Source: Nitrospirota bacterium (GTDB lineage: Bacteria; Nitrospirota; UBA9217). Taken from it: DNA of 64,000 nucleotides. Shown here one piece after another: positions 1 through 9,225 of this stretch. The stretch spans positions 960,001 through 1,024,000 of the forward strand of contig CAVTRN010000002.1 of the NCBI GenBank assembly GCA_963737155.1, in the 5' to 3' direction. Position numbers and translations under genes: made by a program. How positions within the stretch are numbered: the first letter of the stretch is position 1; the number at the start of each line of letters is the position of its first letter. Below the pieces are notes generated by a model. The model had not been told where the DNA came from. It did not search any database and was given only the letters and a program-made list of their open reading frames with translations.

Positions 1-2
1 GG

Positions 3-788
3 CGCATCGCTGGCATGGGGATCATGACAGGTCGCGCAGCCCCGCTGTGATTTAATGGGCGGGTGAATAAATTTGGCCGTTTTGAGCGCGTCCTGTATGT
101 CGGAATGGCACTGGTAGCAAAGCGCCGCTCCTTCCGCGGCGAGGAATCTTTTATAGGGGGATCCATGCGGATTATGACAGGCTTCGCAGCCCATGTCCAG
201 GGCTGGATGCTTCACGGCTTTTTTCTTGATTTCATCCTGCATATCGACATGGCACGTGAAGCAGAGGTCGGGGGTCGTTTTCACGACCAGGTGCTCGTTG
301 TCCGATTCATGGGGATTGTGGCAGTCTGTACAGTCGCCGGTGGCCGCCGGGCCGTGCACATACTTGAAGTCAACCTTATCGGGGTGGCAGGAAGTGCAAA
401 GATCCTTGAGAGGTTGAACCAGGAGCTTCGGCTGTGCCGAATCATGCGGGTTATGGCAGGTCGTGCACTGTCCGTCTTTTACCGGCGGATGGATGTGTTT
501 CTTGGTCCCGAACTTGTCATGGCATTGATAGCATAAAGCGGGGACCTCATCAACGAGTTTGAACGTTTTCACGTTTTTCTGCGGATGCGGTGTTTTGATT
601 GACTGGTGGCAGGTGTCGCAAGGCTCCGCCGCAGGATGGATATCTTTGGTCTTCAGCATGTCTGCATGGCACTTATTAGTCACGCAGCCCGGGGGCGCCG
701 CGGCGGTATCGCCCTGTGCGCGATGAAGATTCAGGGAAAACATAGTTATCAGAACAATCAGGCTTGAAACAAATAATGTTTTTTTCAT
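3..788 (-). CDS. Periplasmic multiheme cytochrome c (paired-CXXCH type), 3' end runs off the window
   Basis: Manual translation from ATG at 788: MKKTLFVSSLIVLITMFSLN (signal peptide), then CVTNKCH, CDTCH, CYQCH, CTTCHNPH, CTSCH, CTDCHNPH, CFTCH, CEACHNPH, CYQCH, CATCHDPH. No stop before the edge. Absent from the ORF track. Confidence 0.93.
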   Translation of the reverse strand, partial: MKKTLFVSSLIVLITMFSLNLHRAQGDTAAAPPGCVTNKCHADMLKTKDIHPAAEPCDTCHQSIKTPHPQKNVKTFKLVDEVPALCYQCHDKFGTKKHIHPPVKDGQCTTCHNPHDSAQPKLLVQPLKDLCTSCHPDKVDFKYVHGPAATGDCTDCHNPHESDNEHLVVKTTPDLCFTCHVDMQDEIKKKAVKHPALDMGCEACHNPHGSPYKRFLAAEGAALCYQCHSDIQDALKTAKFIHPPIKSQRGCATCHDPHASDA

Positions 789-1108
789 GGTTTTCTGGCC
801 TTCAACGAATAATGTTGCTCCTTTTTGAAATGGTAGGATCGTATCGAAAATAGTCCGAAGTCGCTAGTTAGCCGTTCAGCGCGAAGAGAAGAGCCACTTG
901 TATCTGATTCGGAAGGAGACTCTGAGACTCTTACAGTATTGGAGCTTGCCCTGAACAATATTTTTACTTCGCCGCGCTCAGCGCAGAATAATGATGAAAG
1001 GGTCTAAATGACAGTTTTTGCAGAGAAGCTTTGGACGTATCGCACTGACGAGCGTGATTGCCGGAGGTTGGTGGTCCTGACTGCATTGTCTGCCCGAACT
1101 GTCGGATA

Positions 1109-1137
1109 ATTATACGGTAAATCCCGTTTCGATTCAA
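1109..1137 (-). promoter_or_regulatory. Candidate sigma70 promoter for the cytochrome gene
   Basis: Minus strand TTGAAT-N17-TATAAT, about 320 nt upstream of the ATG at 788. Confidence 0.55.
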
Positions 1138-1206
1138 GCAAAAAGAAAGTAAAAAAACGCAACGGGCCAGCCTCGATATAACTTCCCCGGAATACAAATG
1201 CCGGCT

Positions 1207-1854
1207 TTAGAGAGAATATTTCTCCAATTTCTCCAGCACTTTTATATGCAGGAATTCAGACGGAACAATACGGAATTCCACAATATTGATGTTTCCTCCC
1301 TGGGGATTTGCCGGTTGAGCTGCACTCACAAAAAAGGCGGGATACCATGCCTTGAGTTCGGGTTCCCCCTGTGCCATAGCGTCCTGAATGAAATCAGTCA
1401 CCAATTGCGCCTTCATTCTTTCCACGGCAGTGGCTTCGTGCAGGTCGGTGGAGGGGTAGTGGGCTATGATCAGGATGAGACTTATATTAGACCTTGTATT
1501 AGGATCTTTCATAAGAGACAAGAATATATGTGCGAGTTTGTCCAAGTCGGCTTTCGCGGAGGCCTTTACCATGCCGTTCCCATCAAATAGCAGCGACCTA
1601 TCCAGGAGAATGGAGCTTGACCTGACTTTTATTCCTTGCATGGAGTCTGTCCCAAACTCCTTCTGGAAAGTCTGGTTGATATTCTTCGCGAATTCATTTC
1701 TCGGCTGGGAAAGGGCAAGCGCCGGTTCCAGAAACCGCTGTATCTTGATTGCCCGATAATAGGTGAGGGCGCTCAGTATTACCAGACCGACAAGCAGTAG
1801 ATTGAGAACGGGGCCCGCCGGCGGCGCGTATCTCCATAAGGATTTGTCGGTCAT
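1207..1854 (-). CDS. Single-pass membrane protein with degenerate OmpA/MotB-like C-terminal domain
   Basis: N-terminal TM (VLNLLLVGLVILSALTYY). ILLDRSLLFD..LDKLA..ILIIAHYP..KAQLV..IVEFRI follows the OmpA-C layout but lacks GHTD and RRVE. Confidence 0.6.
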   Translation of the reverse strand: MTDKSLWRYAPPAGPVLNLLLVGLVILSALTYYRAIKIQRFLEPALALSQPRNEFAKNINQTFQKEFGTDSMQGIKVRSSSILLDRSLLFDGNGMVKASAKADLDKLAHIFLSLMKDPNTRSNISLILIIAHYPSTDLHEATAVERMKAQLVTDFIQDAMAQGEPELKAWYPAFFVSAAQPANPQGGNINIVEFRIVPSEFLHIKVLEKLEKYSL

Positions 1855-2741
1855 GCCGCTGACTCCTCCAGCAGGTCAATTTTTTTTTCCGCTGTTTTGA
1901 AGTCTCCTTCGCTGATGCCGGCCGGCTGATGGATGGCCTTGTTCCTCAGTCCCAACAGGTCGCTGAACAATTCCTTTCTGAAATGGCTGATGCGGCGCTG
2001 CTGATCCATCTCTTTCAGACAATCGGACAATATCGGGAATGTTCGTCCGATTGTGCGGGAGGTGAATGCACGCAGACGATTTTCAATATGATAGCCGAGC
2101 AGGAGTGAAGCGACGACCTTTTCCCCGGATCTGTAATATTCCAATGCTTGTTCAACGGACACGTCGCCCTTGACAATACGGATGTTTTCCCGCGACTCCC
2201 GTTCGCCGGGTGCGAGCTGCTGTATTTTCTGATATACTTCCAGGCATTTATCGAGCATGTTCTGCTCAAGATAGGATTCCGCCAGGAGAAAGAGCTCTCG
2301 GATGCTGTCTCTGCCCTCGCGCTGCTGGAGGGCAAATGTATAGGCGCGCCGGATGGCCTCCGTCTTGTCGTCTTTCTTGTCGAGCACGTCGAAATGCCTG
2401 GCCCAGCGCTTGCCTTTCAGCACATTGTCCTTGGTGAAACGGAATAAGCGCTCCGAAACTTCGCTCTTGTCGAGCTTGCCGCTGATGACGATGATGTTCA
2501 GCGTAGGATGGGTATCAAAGAGCTCGGGGAGGGCATCAATTCCTTCCGTCATACGGTCAAACTCAATATCGAGCGTCATGAGATCGAACAACTGGGCTGT
2601 CAGCGCCTTGAGTGCGTCCCGAACGCTGACTGCCTCATGAAAACGCAGATCCGGTTCGTCCTTGCCGATGGCACGCTGGATTTCGAGCTTCAGGAGCTCC
2701 CGGTCCTCGAAGTCGTCATCGGCTAGCAATATCTTAAACAT
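1851..2741 (-). CDS. Response regulator: REC + TPR-like + HEPN-like C-terminal domain
   Basis: KILLADDD, TLDIEF (phospho-Asp), VISG; TPR-like LAESYLEQNMLDKCLEVYQKIQQLAP; C-terminal LRNKAIH (R-x4-H). Confidence 0.75.
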   Translation of the reverse strand: MFKILLADDDFEDRELLKLEIQRAIGKDEPDLRFHEAVSVRDALKALTAQLFDLMTLDIEFDRMTEGIDALPELFDTHPTLNIIVISGKLDKSEVSERLFRFTKDNVLKGKRWARHFDVLDKKDDKTEAIRRAYTFALQQREGRDSIRELFLLAESYLEQNMLDKCLEVYQKIQQLAPGERESRENIRIVKGDVSVEQALEYYRSGEKVVASLLLGYHIENRLRAFTSRTIGRTFPILSDCLKEMDQQRRISHFRKELFSDLLGLRNKAIHQPAGISEGDFKTAEKKIDLLEESAA

Positions 2742-3777
2742 CCGGTGCCTCCTCCACGAAGGGAAGATTGATTATAATCTCCGTGCCCGCTCCAGGAGCC
2801 GTATATTCCTTGCCGACCCTGATCCGTCCGGCATGAAGCCCGATGACGTATTTGGCGAAATAAAGTCCCTGGCCCCAGTTTTCACCGGACTGCTTCCCCT
2901 TGTAAAAACACTGGTCCGCCTGCTGCTCATCCATTCCCACTCCCTCGTCCCGGACCGAAACCGTAACGTAACGTCTGCTTCCGTCCCTGTCTATGGAGCA
3001 GGAAACAACAACACGCGCCCGGTGTTCGCCCGGCTTCCGGTACTTGATGGCGTTGTCGATGACATTTTCGAAGACAGTTTTCAGCAGCGGGGGGGCGGCG
3101 TAGATCATGGGAAGCGATAAGCTTTTTTGAATCGTTATCTCAGCAAGATCGCTGTATTGGTCCGTGAGATCGTCGAGCAGTACCCTGATGTCGGTTTTCT
3201 TGAAATCTATGAGGCCGGCCTCCCGCTCATCGGAAATTTTCTTGAAAATATCGATATCGGCGAATAGTTTTTCGAGGTTGCCATCGATGCGCTCCCTGGA
3301 ATCTGCAGGGAGGCCGGGGAGCAGATCGATCCGCCGTTTGATCCTTCCAAGATTGTTTTTGAACTCATGGCCGATGGTAGCTGATATATAGCGGATAAAT
3401 TCGTTTCGCCGCGCGATTTCCTGGTTTTTCAGGAGCAGGAACATGTTTTCCCTGGCTCTTCGCTGCTTTTGCTGGTAGATGACGGACAGGTACATGATGA
3501 ACGATGCAAAGGATACGACCATGGTTGTAAAGGCGTAATTGGATATCCTGACTGAAGCGTTCAGCTGGTCCTGCATGCTGGCGAGCCGCATGTCGATGGT
3601 CGCCTCCTGAGCGATGGGGGCCTTCCACGGCATCAGCAGCAACTCCAGCCGATCAAAGGGCGGGATGAACCGGTTTGTGTAGACCATGCCCAGAATCAGC
3701 CAGATTATGACCATCAGGGCCGTTAATGCCAGCAGTTTGATCCGGCCGGCGGGGTTTGATCGCCAATCGCTGTCCAT
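2734..3777 (-). CDS. Membrane sensor histidine kinase
   Basis: Two TM segments; H-box GHEFKNNL; N-box ENVIDNAIKY; G1 DEGVGM; G2-like WGQGL. Confidence 0.9.
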   Translation of the reverse strand: MDSDWRSNPAGRIKLLALTALMVIIWLILGMVYTNRFIPPFDRLELLLMPWKAPIAQEATIDMRLASMQDQLNASVRISNYAFTTMVVSFASFIMYLSVIYQQKQRRARENMFLLLKNQEIARRNEFIRYISATIGHEFKNNLGRIKRRIDLLPGLPADSRERIDGNLEKLFADIDIFKKISDEREAGLIDFKKTDIRVLLDDLTDQYSDLAEITIQKSLSLPMIYAAPPLLKTVFENVIDNAIKYRKPGEHRARVVVSCSIDRDGSRRYVTVSVRDEGVGMDEQQADQCFYKGKQSGENWGQGLYFAKYVIGLHAGRIRVGKEYTAPGAGTEIIINLPFVEEAPDV

Positions 3778-3902
3778 GGTTAAATGTATTACAACAATAA
3801 ATTTTTTACAATATAAAAAATAGATCGGTAACGATATAACGCAAAGAGAAGGGATGCCTGGCCAAAAAAGGGCTAGGGCGGGGATGTTCTGTTATGGATG
3901 AT

Positions 3903-5129
3903 TCACACATCTTTTTTTTCTCGAGTTTCCGAAAAGTATCCCACATCCGGGTGTTCCAGGAGGGGGAGTATCTGCGGTTTTTTTACCTCGCCGCGCAGTT
4001 CACGGAACAGCAGGTTGAAAAAGGTTCTGGTTATCTTTTCGTCGAACTGTGTGCCGCAGCACTTCATGACTTCATCGAAGGTTTTGTCGAGCCCCAACTT
4101 GTTACGGTAAGGCCGGTCCGTGGTCATGGCGTCGAAGGCATCGACCAGCGAAAGGATCTTGACTCCCTCGCTCAGTTCCGCTGCCCGGAGCGCATCGGGA
4201 TAGCCTTTTCCGTCAAGCCGCTCGTGATGGTGACGAGCGAAATCATCGATGTCCTTCCAGGGGAACTTGACTTTTGAAAGAATATCGTAGGATACCCGGG
4301 GATGTTTTCTTATTTCATTGACCTCTCCGTCTGTCAGTTTTTCGCCCTTTATTATGACTTTTGTGTCAACAACAATTTTACCGATATCATGGAGCAGACC
4401 AGCAATATATATTCCCTCCACATCTCTCTTTTTCCAGCCAAGTTCCTTCGCGATTGCAACAGCGTAACTGGCGACCCGGTAGGAATGGTCTTTGGTATAC
4501 CCGTCCTTGGCATCGATGGCGGCCGCGAATGCCTGAATAGTATCATGGTATATTCGCTGCATATTTTTATAGAGCCGCCTGTTTTCTTCTGCTTTCTTTG
4601 CCAGTTCTAAAAACAGATGCGCATTGTGAAGCGTTATAGCCATTTGGTGTGCGATGATCCGCAGGACATCTTTTTCTCCCTGCCGATAGGGCACGCCACC
4701 AAGCTTGCGGCCGAGCGTAAGAGCGCCGACGAATTCCTCTTTCGCGAAAAGAGGAAGAAACACCTTGGCCTTCAATTTGGCAAAGGCCTCCCGGTTATGC
4801 CTGAAAAACGCGGTGCTCGCCATGTCGCGGATCATGTGAGGATCATTCATGGTAAACTGTTTGATATGCTGCGTCTGGGCGCTCAGCCTGATTTTCTGAA
4901 GGTTGCGGCGGTCCCGTGTCCCTTTTCCGACAAGGAGGTCAAGTTCCTTTCGCACGGGGTGGTATACGAACAGGGCTGCCATGGGTACGGAAAGGGTTCC
5001 CGTAATGACATAGAGGGCGGCTTTCATTTTCGCTGAAAGGTCCTTCGAAGAGGTTGCCTCCTGCCCTAGATCAATCAAAGAGTCGATACTGAACATGAGG
5101 CGTTTCAGATGCAGGTTCCTTACGGCCAT
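3903..5129 (-). CDS. GAF + HD-GYP cyclic dinucleotide phosphodiesterase
   Basis: HSYRVA, LLHDIGK, HHERLDGKGYP, DAFDAMTTDRPYR; N-terminal GAF-like region. Confidence 0.92.
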   Translation of the reverse strand: MAVRNLHLKRLMFSIDSLIDLGQEATSSKDLSAKMKAALYVITGTLSVPMAALFVYHPVRKELDLLVGKGTRDRRNLQKIRLSAQTQHIKQFTMNDPHMIRDMASTAFFRHNREAFAKLKAKVFLPLFAKEEFVGALTLGRKLGGVPYRQGEKDVLRIIAHQMAITLHNAHLFLELAKKAEENRRLYKNMQRIYHDTIQAFAAAIDAKDGYTKDHSYRVASYAVAIAKELGWKKRDVEGIYIAGLLHDIGKIVVDTKVIIKGEKLTDGEVNEIRKHPRVSYDILSKVKFPWKDIDDFARHHHERLDGKGYPDALRAAELSEGVKILSLVDAFDAMTTDRPYRNKLGLDKTFDEVMKCCGTQFDEKITRTFFNLLFRELRGEVKKPQILPLLEHPDVGYFSETREKKDV

Positions 5130-5130
5130 A

Positions 5131-5484
5131 TCAACCTCTTTTGCTCAAATAGCTGAAAGCGTCGTTTTCGTCCTTGAAAACTTTTACATATTTCATCAAG
5201 CCCGCCATTTCGAAGATCTCCCGATGGTCTCTCTTCATATTGGTGAAGCAGAGCAAACTGTGGTAATCCAGGGTCTTCTGCACCATGCCTAGGAATATGG
5301 AAAGGCCGATGGTGTTGATGAACTGGACGCCGGAAAAGTTCACGATGAGCTTCCTGATGCCATTGCCCAGAAATTGCTCGCTTGCAAGCTCGAGGGTCTC
5401 TGCTCCGATGTTGTTGATGTATCCCTTCGGCTCCATGATGGCGATATCCTGCTCGGATTTTGATGATAAGGAAAAATTACTCAC
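5131..5484 (-). CDS. STAS-domain anti-sigma factor antagonist
   Basis: 117 aa; LIVNFSGVQFINTIGL corresponds to the D-S-S-G phospho-loop; IFEMAGL. Confidence 0.88.
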   Translation of the reverse strand: MSNFSLSSKSEQDIAIMEPKGYINNIGAETLELASEQFLGNGIRKLIVNFSGVQFINTIGLSIFLGMVQKTLDYHSLLCFTNMKRDHREIFEMAGLMKYVKVFKDENDAFSYLSKRG

Positions 5485-7150
5485 GGTTCGTCATATCCTC
5501 CCTGGGGATGGCTGCAGACTTCTCGATTTTTTTAATCAGAACTACCTTTGTGCCGAGAGCGGTCTTCTCAAACGTGACCTCATCGGCAAAGCGCTTTATC
5601 AGCTTGATGCCCCAGCCTCTCTTCGGCGCATTACCAGCGTTATGATCATGGACTGGTTCACCGGTTTCCTGAACGATGAATTCGTGCCCTGCGCTTTCCA
5701 CGGAAACCTCTATCCGGCCCCCGTCGACGGTGATGCCGACATAGACCTTTTTCCCGATGCCCTGCCCGTGCTCCATCGCGTTGATGCAGGCCTCGATGAC
5801 TGCAATCTGTAACTGGCCGATGGCGTCCTGGTCCAGGTGGAAATTCTTTCCTATCTGGTCAAGGCATTGGGCCGCGATGAGCTCCGCCTCCTTGACCATC
5901 GGAAGCGTCATGTCGAAGTGGACGAGGTGTTCCTTTTGCGGCAGAAGCCGTTCAAGGAAATCCTTTTCCAGGTCATAAGAGGGCTTTGCGAGGATCTCTC
6001 GCATGTAGAGGTTGTCGATTATATCCAGCAGTACCCGGTCATCCATCGCCCTGAACAGGCCGAATTCACCTCGCAGGAAACCAGCGAGGTACAGGGCGTT
6101 CACGACGGCACTTGCCTGACTGTCGGTCATTGAAAAGGATTTCGCGATTTGTTCGCACGAAAGGGCATCGGAGGAGTGATAGATTTTATAGAGCAGTGTA
6201 AGGGCTGTTTTTCTCCGGCTGAGATCGGGCAGATAGCCCTTCAGGACTGAAGACCAGAACAGGGAAAGGGCCCCGTCCATGACCTCCCTGATGTAGGCGC
6301 CCCAGAAGTCCTTCTCGTCGGGATTGTGCTTCGCGCAGGCCCTGGTGACAACGCGGCCCAGGTAAAAGGGGTTGCCCCCCAGATGGCGCAGAAGGAGAGG
6401 CGGCGCACTGATACCTTCCGATCCGTAATCCTGGAGTAGCGAAAGAATGCGTGACGAGGTTGCCTCCGGTCCGAGGGGCTGAATGGCCATGCGCTCAAGG
6501 TCATTCACGACGGAAATTTCCTGGAGCTCGGCCATGTTCCCCGCGATGACGTAGGGCGTTTTCCTTTGGGAAACCGGCTCCTCGAAAAGGGCGACCAGGC
6601 GCTGCTCGGGGAAGCCGTCGCGATGGAGACCCGCCAGCCGGTGAAAATCATCGATCAGAACGGCAACCGGCATTCCCGTAGACAGCGCCGAGCGGTGCGG
6701 AGCATTAAGCGCTATGCGGAGTCCGCCTACAGGATCAGCGGATCCCTGCCTGTACTCGTCGAGCAGATCTCTTGCCCAGTAAGCTTCCTGCTCTTCGGCA
6801 AGCACGGAAAGGTCCTCGATTGTTATTCCGTCGCGGTACAGCAGGGCCTGCTCCTTTTTTTGGAAAGCCAATCTCTGGCAGATGAACCGGGTCAGATAGC
6901 TTCTGGAAAAAACAGATGCGGATAGCAGCGCGGAGCTGGCCAAGTAGAAAAAAGGCGCCACCCGGTTCTGTTTCCAGAACAGCTGGCTGAAGAGATGCTT
7001 GAGAAGTTCCGTCTTTCCGATGCCCCGGGGGCCGGACAGAACAATGCTCTGAGCCAGGCCAGCATCCGCTTGGAGGGCCCGTTTGAGGAGGCTGGCCAGC
7101 TCATCCTGCCTTCCTGAAAAATCTTTTTCCTGGAGCGAACTGAACGACAT
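5477..7150 (-). CDS. P-loop ATPase + winged helix + RsbW-like anti-sigma kinase (HATPase_c_2) fusion
   Basis: Walker A GPRGIGKT; Walker B VLIDDF; wHTH-like LSCEQIAKSFSMTDSQASAVVNALYLAGFL; C-terminal EACINAMEHG and RGWGIKLIKRFADEV. Confidence 0.8.
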   Translation of the reverse strand: MSFSSLQEKDFSGRQDELASLLKRALQADAGLAQSIVLSGPRGIGKTELLKHLFSQLFWKQNRVAPFFYLASSALLSASVFSRSYLTRFICQRLAFQKKEQALLYRDGITIEDLSVLAEEQEAYWARDLLDEYRQGSADPVGGLRIALNAPHRSALSTGMPVAVLIDDFHRLAGLHRDGFPEQRLVALFEEPVSQRKTPYVIAGNMAELQEISVVNDLERMAIQPLGPEATSSRILSLLQDYGSEGISAPPLLLRHLGGNPFYLGRVVTRACAKHNPDEKDFWGAYIREVMDGALSLFWSSVLKGYLPDLSRRKTALTLLYKIYHSSDALSCEQIAKSFSMTDSQASAVVNALYLAGFLRGEFGLFRAMDDRVLLDIIDNLYMREILAKPSYDLEKDFLERLLPQKEHLVHFDMTLPMVKEAELIAAQCLDQIGKNFHLDQDAIGQLQIAVIEACINAMEHGQGIGKKVYVGITVDGGRIEVSVESAGHEFIVQETGEPVHDHNAGNAPKRGWGIKLIKRFADEVTFEKTALGTKVVLIKKIEKSAAIPREDMTNRE

Positions 7151-7151
7151 A

Positions 7152-9179
7152 TTAGGAGAAGACCTCTATCCGGTTTTTGCCGCTGTTCTTGGCTCGATAC
7201 AGCGCCTTGTCGACATTTTCAAGAAGGAGTTCCACCGTTTTCCCATGCTCTGGATAACAGACAACGCCGATGCTGGCCGTGAGGGAAAGCGGTTCTGCCG
7301 CGGATTCATCCCGGGGCAGCAGCACATTCTTTATTACATTGGTCCTCAAGCGCTCCGCGATATCGGTTGCAAGCGGCTCACGGGTTTCCGGCAGAATGAT
7401 CATGAATTCATCTCCTCCGTACCGGGCCACGATATCCATTGATCGGACGGTATTGAACAAGGTATCCGCAATGTTTTTCAGTATCTTATCGCCGAAGAGA
7501 TGTCCCAAAGAGTCATTGCAGGCTTTGAAGCCGTCCAGGTCCACCATGAGCAGGCTGAGATGGTGACCAGTGCGTATGGAACGGGCTAATTCGACTTTCA
7601 GCCTTTCGTAGAGGTACCGCCGGTTCAGGAGGCCTGTCAGGGGATCCGTGATCGTCAGTTTCTTGAGCTCCTCCCTTTGGTTGAAGAAGACGTTCCGCTC
7701 CATGACTATCGCCGCATGGGTCGCAAAGGACTGAATGAGCTTCATATCCTCGTCATCGAAAACTTCACCCGTCACCTTGTCCGACAGATTGAGCACGCCG
7801 ATGATGCGGTCATCGATTTTAAGCGGCACGCTGATGAATGATGGCGTTTTATAGTGCTGCCTGTTCTTTTGATTGGTTCTTGGATCTTTTTCTACATTCC
7901 TGACCAGGATAGCTTCTCCGTTTTCAGCGACTCTTCCGGCGATTCCCTCACCGCAGTTGATCCTGAGCTTTTGAGCAATGTCGTCGCCGAGTCCTTTTTT
8001 CGCCTCAAGGAGAAGCACATTGGTTTCGTGATCGAGGAGCATCAGGGAACCCTGTTCGGCCTTCAGCAGTTCGGCGGACTTCTCCAGGATTGTCTGGAGC
8101 AGCGTCCCGTAATTATGAATCGGAGATATTGTTTTGGTTAGATCCGAAATCGTGACAAACCAGTCAAACTTTTTATTCAGGGCTTGATGCAAATGATAAT
8201 TCTCGATGAAAAGCGCAGTTTGTTTGCAGAACCCGGAAATGATCTGTATATCGTTTTCCGTGAGAGGCTGGTCGCTGACACTGAGGATGCCGGTCACGCT
8301 GTTATTAATCAAAATGGGGAAATAAAAGCCGAACCTCGTCTCCTCTTTCACCATAATGCTGTGTTCGCCGGCAGACTCGGGAAAATGAACGAACGGTTTG
8401 CCACCCTGGAGTACCTTGATAACAGGGTTCTGCGCGTTGATATTCGGCACCTTCATCTGAACTCCGCTTTTGGACAGGCCGTACAGACTGGTATAGGCGT
8501 TCAGTTTTTTATCAAACGAATAAACGGTGATCCTGTCGATGTTTAACAGCGTTGAAAGGTTGTAGAGCATGTCCTGGAAACGGTTTTCCGGCTGCTGTGC
8601 CGCGGAAGTTCCCCAGCGCGAGAAAACGCTCTTGAGACTCTCGACCTGTCTTCTCAGAATTGTGATTTCCTGCATGTTGTTAAGAAGACGATTGACAGTG
8701 CCGGCCACGAATCGGCATGTTTTCCATGCCTGCTGCGAGGTCGTGTAGGTGAGCGGTATTTTTAGAGTGACCATGTCTATGCCGCAAGAGCTCGCCAAGT
8801 CCATGCAGTTTCGGAAATCGTCATAAGTGGGAAACGATCCCTGCCCTTGGATCACGGCTTTTTCCCCCATATATTCGATCGGGAGGACAAAACTCATGAT
8901 TTTTGCATAACACTGGTAGACCTCGGGCTTTCCCGTTGAGAGGGCGTTCATGATATAGGACTGGCAGGTTGAGCTACATTGGGATTCGAAACGGGGTGAA
9001 GAGAGGTGGAAATTCTGGCAAAGGGGAGCGTCACCGAGGGAAACGAAGATCGGTTTCCCTGTTTGAGAATAGATGCTCAGAGAAAAACCGAGGCTTTCAG
9101 AAAGGGATATGAAATGTTCCCGCCATGTCTCAGTCCTGAGGATGTCCTGTAAGTGCTCCCCTGTAATAATCTCCAGCAC
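7152..9179 (-). CDS. Diguanylate cyclase with PocR-like and GAF sensor domains
   Basis: DPLTGLLNRR, RYGGDEF, I-site RSMD; Cys pattern of PocR (LC..C...C..YQCYA); two GAF-like regions. Confidence 0.92.
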   Translation of the reverse strand: MLEIITGEHLQDILRTETWREHFISLSESLGFSLSIYSQTGKPIFVSLGDAPLCQNFHLSSPRFESQCSSTCQSYIMNALSTGKPEVYQCYAKIMSFVLPIEYMGEKAVIQGQGSFPTYDDFRNCMDLASSCGIDMVTLKIPLTYTTSQQAWKTCRFVAGTVNRLLNNMQEITILRRQVESLKSVFSRWGTSAAQQPENRFQDMLYNLSTLLNIDRITVYSFDKKLNAYTSLYGLSKSGVQMKVPNINAQNPVIKVLQGGKPFVHFPESAGEHSIMVKEETRFGFYFPILINNSVTGILSVSDQPLTENDIQIISGFCKQTALFIENYHLHQALNKKFDWFVTISDLTKTISPIHNYGTLLQTILEKSAELLKAEQGSLMLLDHETNVLLLEAKKGLGDDIAQKLRINCGEGIAGRVAENGEAILVRNVEKDPRTNQKNRQHYKTPSFISVPLKIDDRIIGVLNLSDKVTGEVFDDEDMKLIQSFATHAAIVMERNVFFNQREELKKLTITDPLTGLLNRRYLYERLKVELARSIRTGHHLSLLMVDLDGFKACNDSLGHLFGDKILKNIADTLFNTVRSMDIVARYGGDEFMIILPETREPLATDIAERLRTNVIKNVLLPRDESAAEPLSLTASIGVVCYPEHGKTVELLLENVDKALYRAKNSGKNRIEVFS

Positions 9180-9225
9180 GGTATCTCCGGCATCGTGAGG
9201 TATGCTTCTGATGTATGTATTTTCC

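Noticed and set aside
63-536. 157-aa plus-strand ORF with repeated MA/MT motifs
   Set aside because: Antisense shadow of the CXXCH codons of the minus-strand cytochrome
1207-1854. Zorya (ZorB) or flagellar MotB call
   Set aside because: No MotA/ZorA partner, no TM Asp, and the peptidoglycan-binding motifs are degenerate; kept only as OmpA-like
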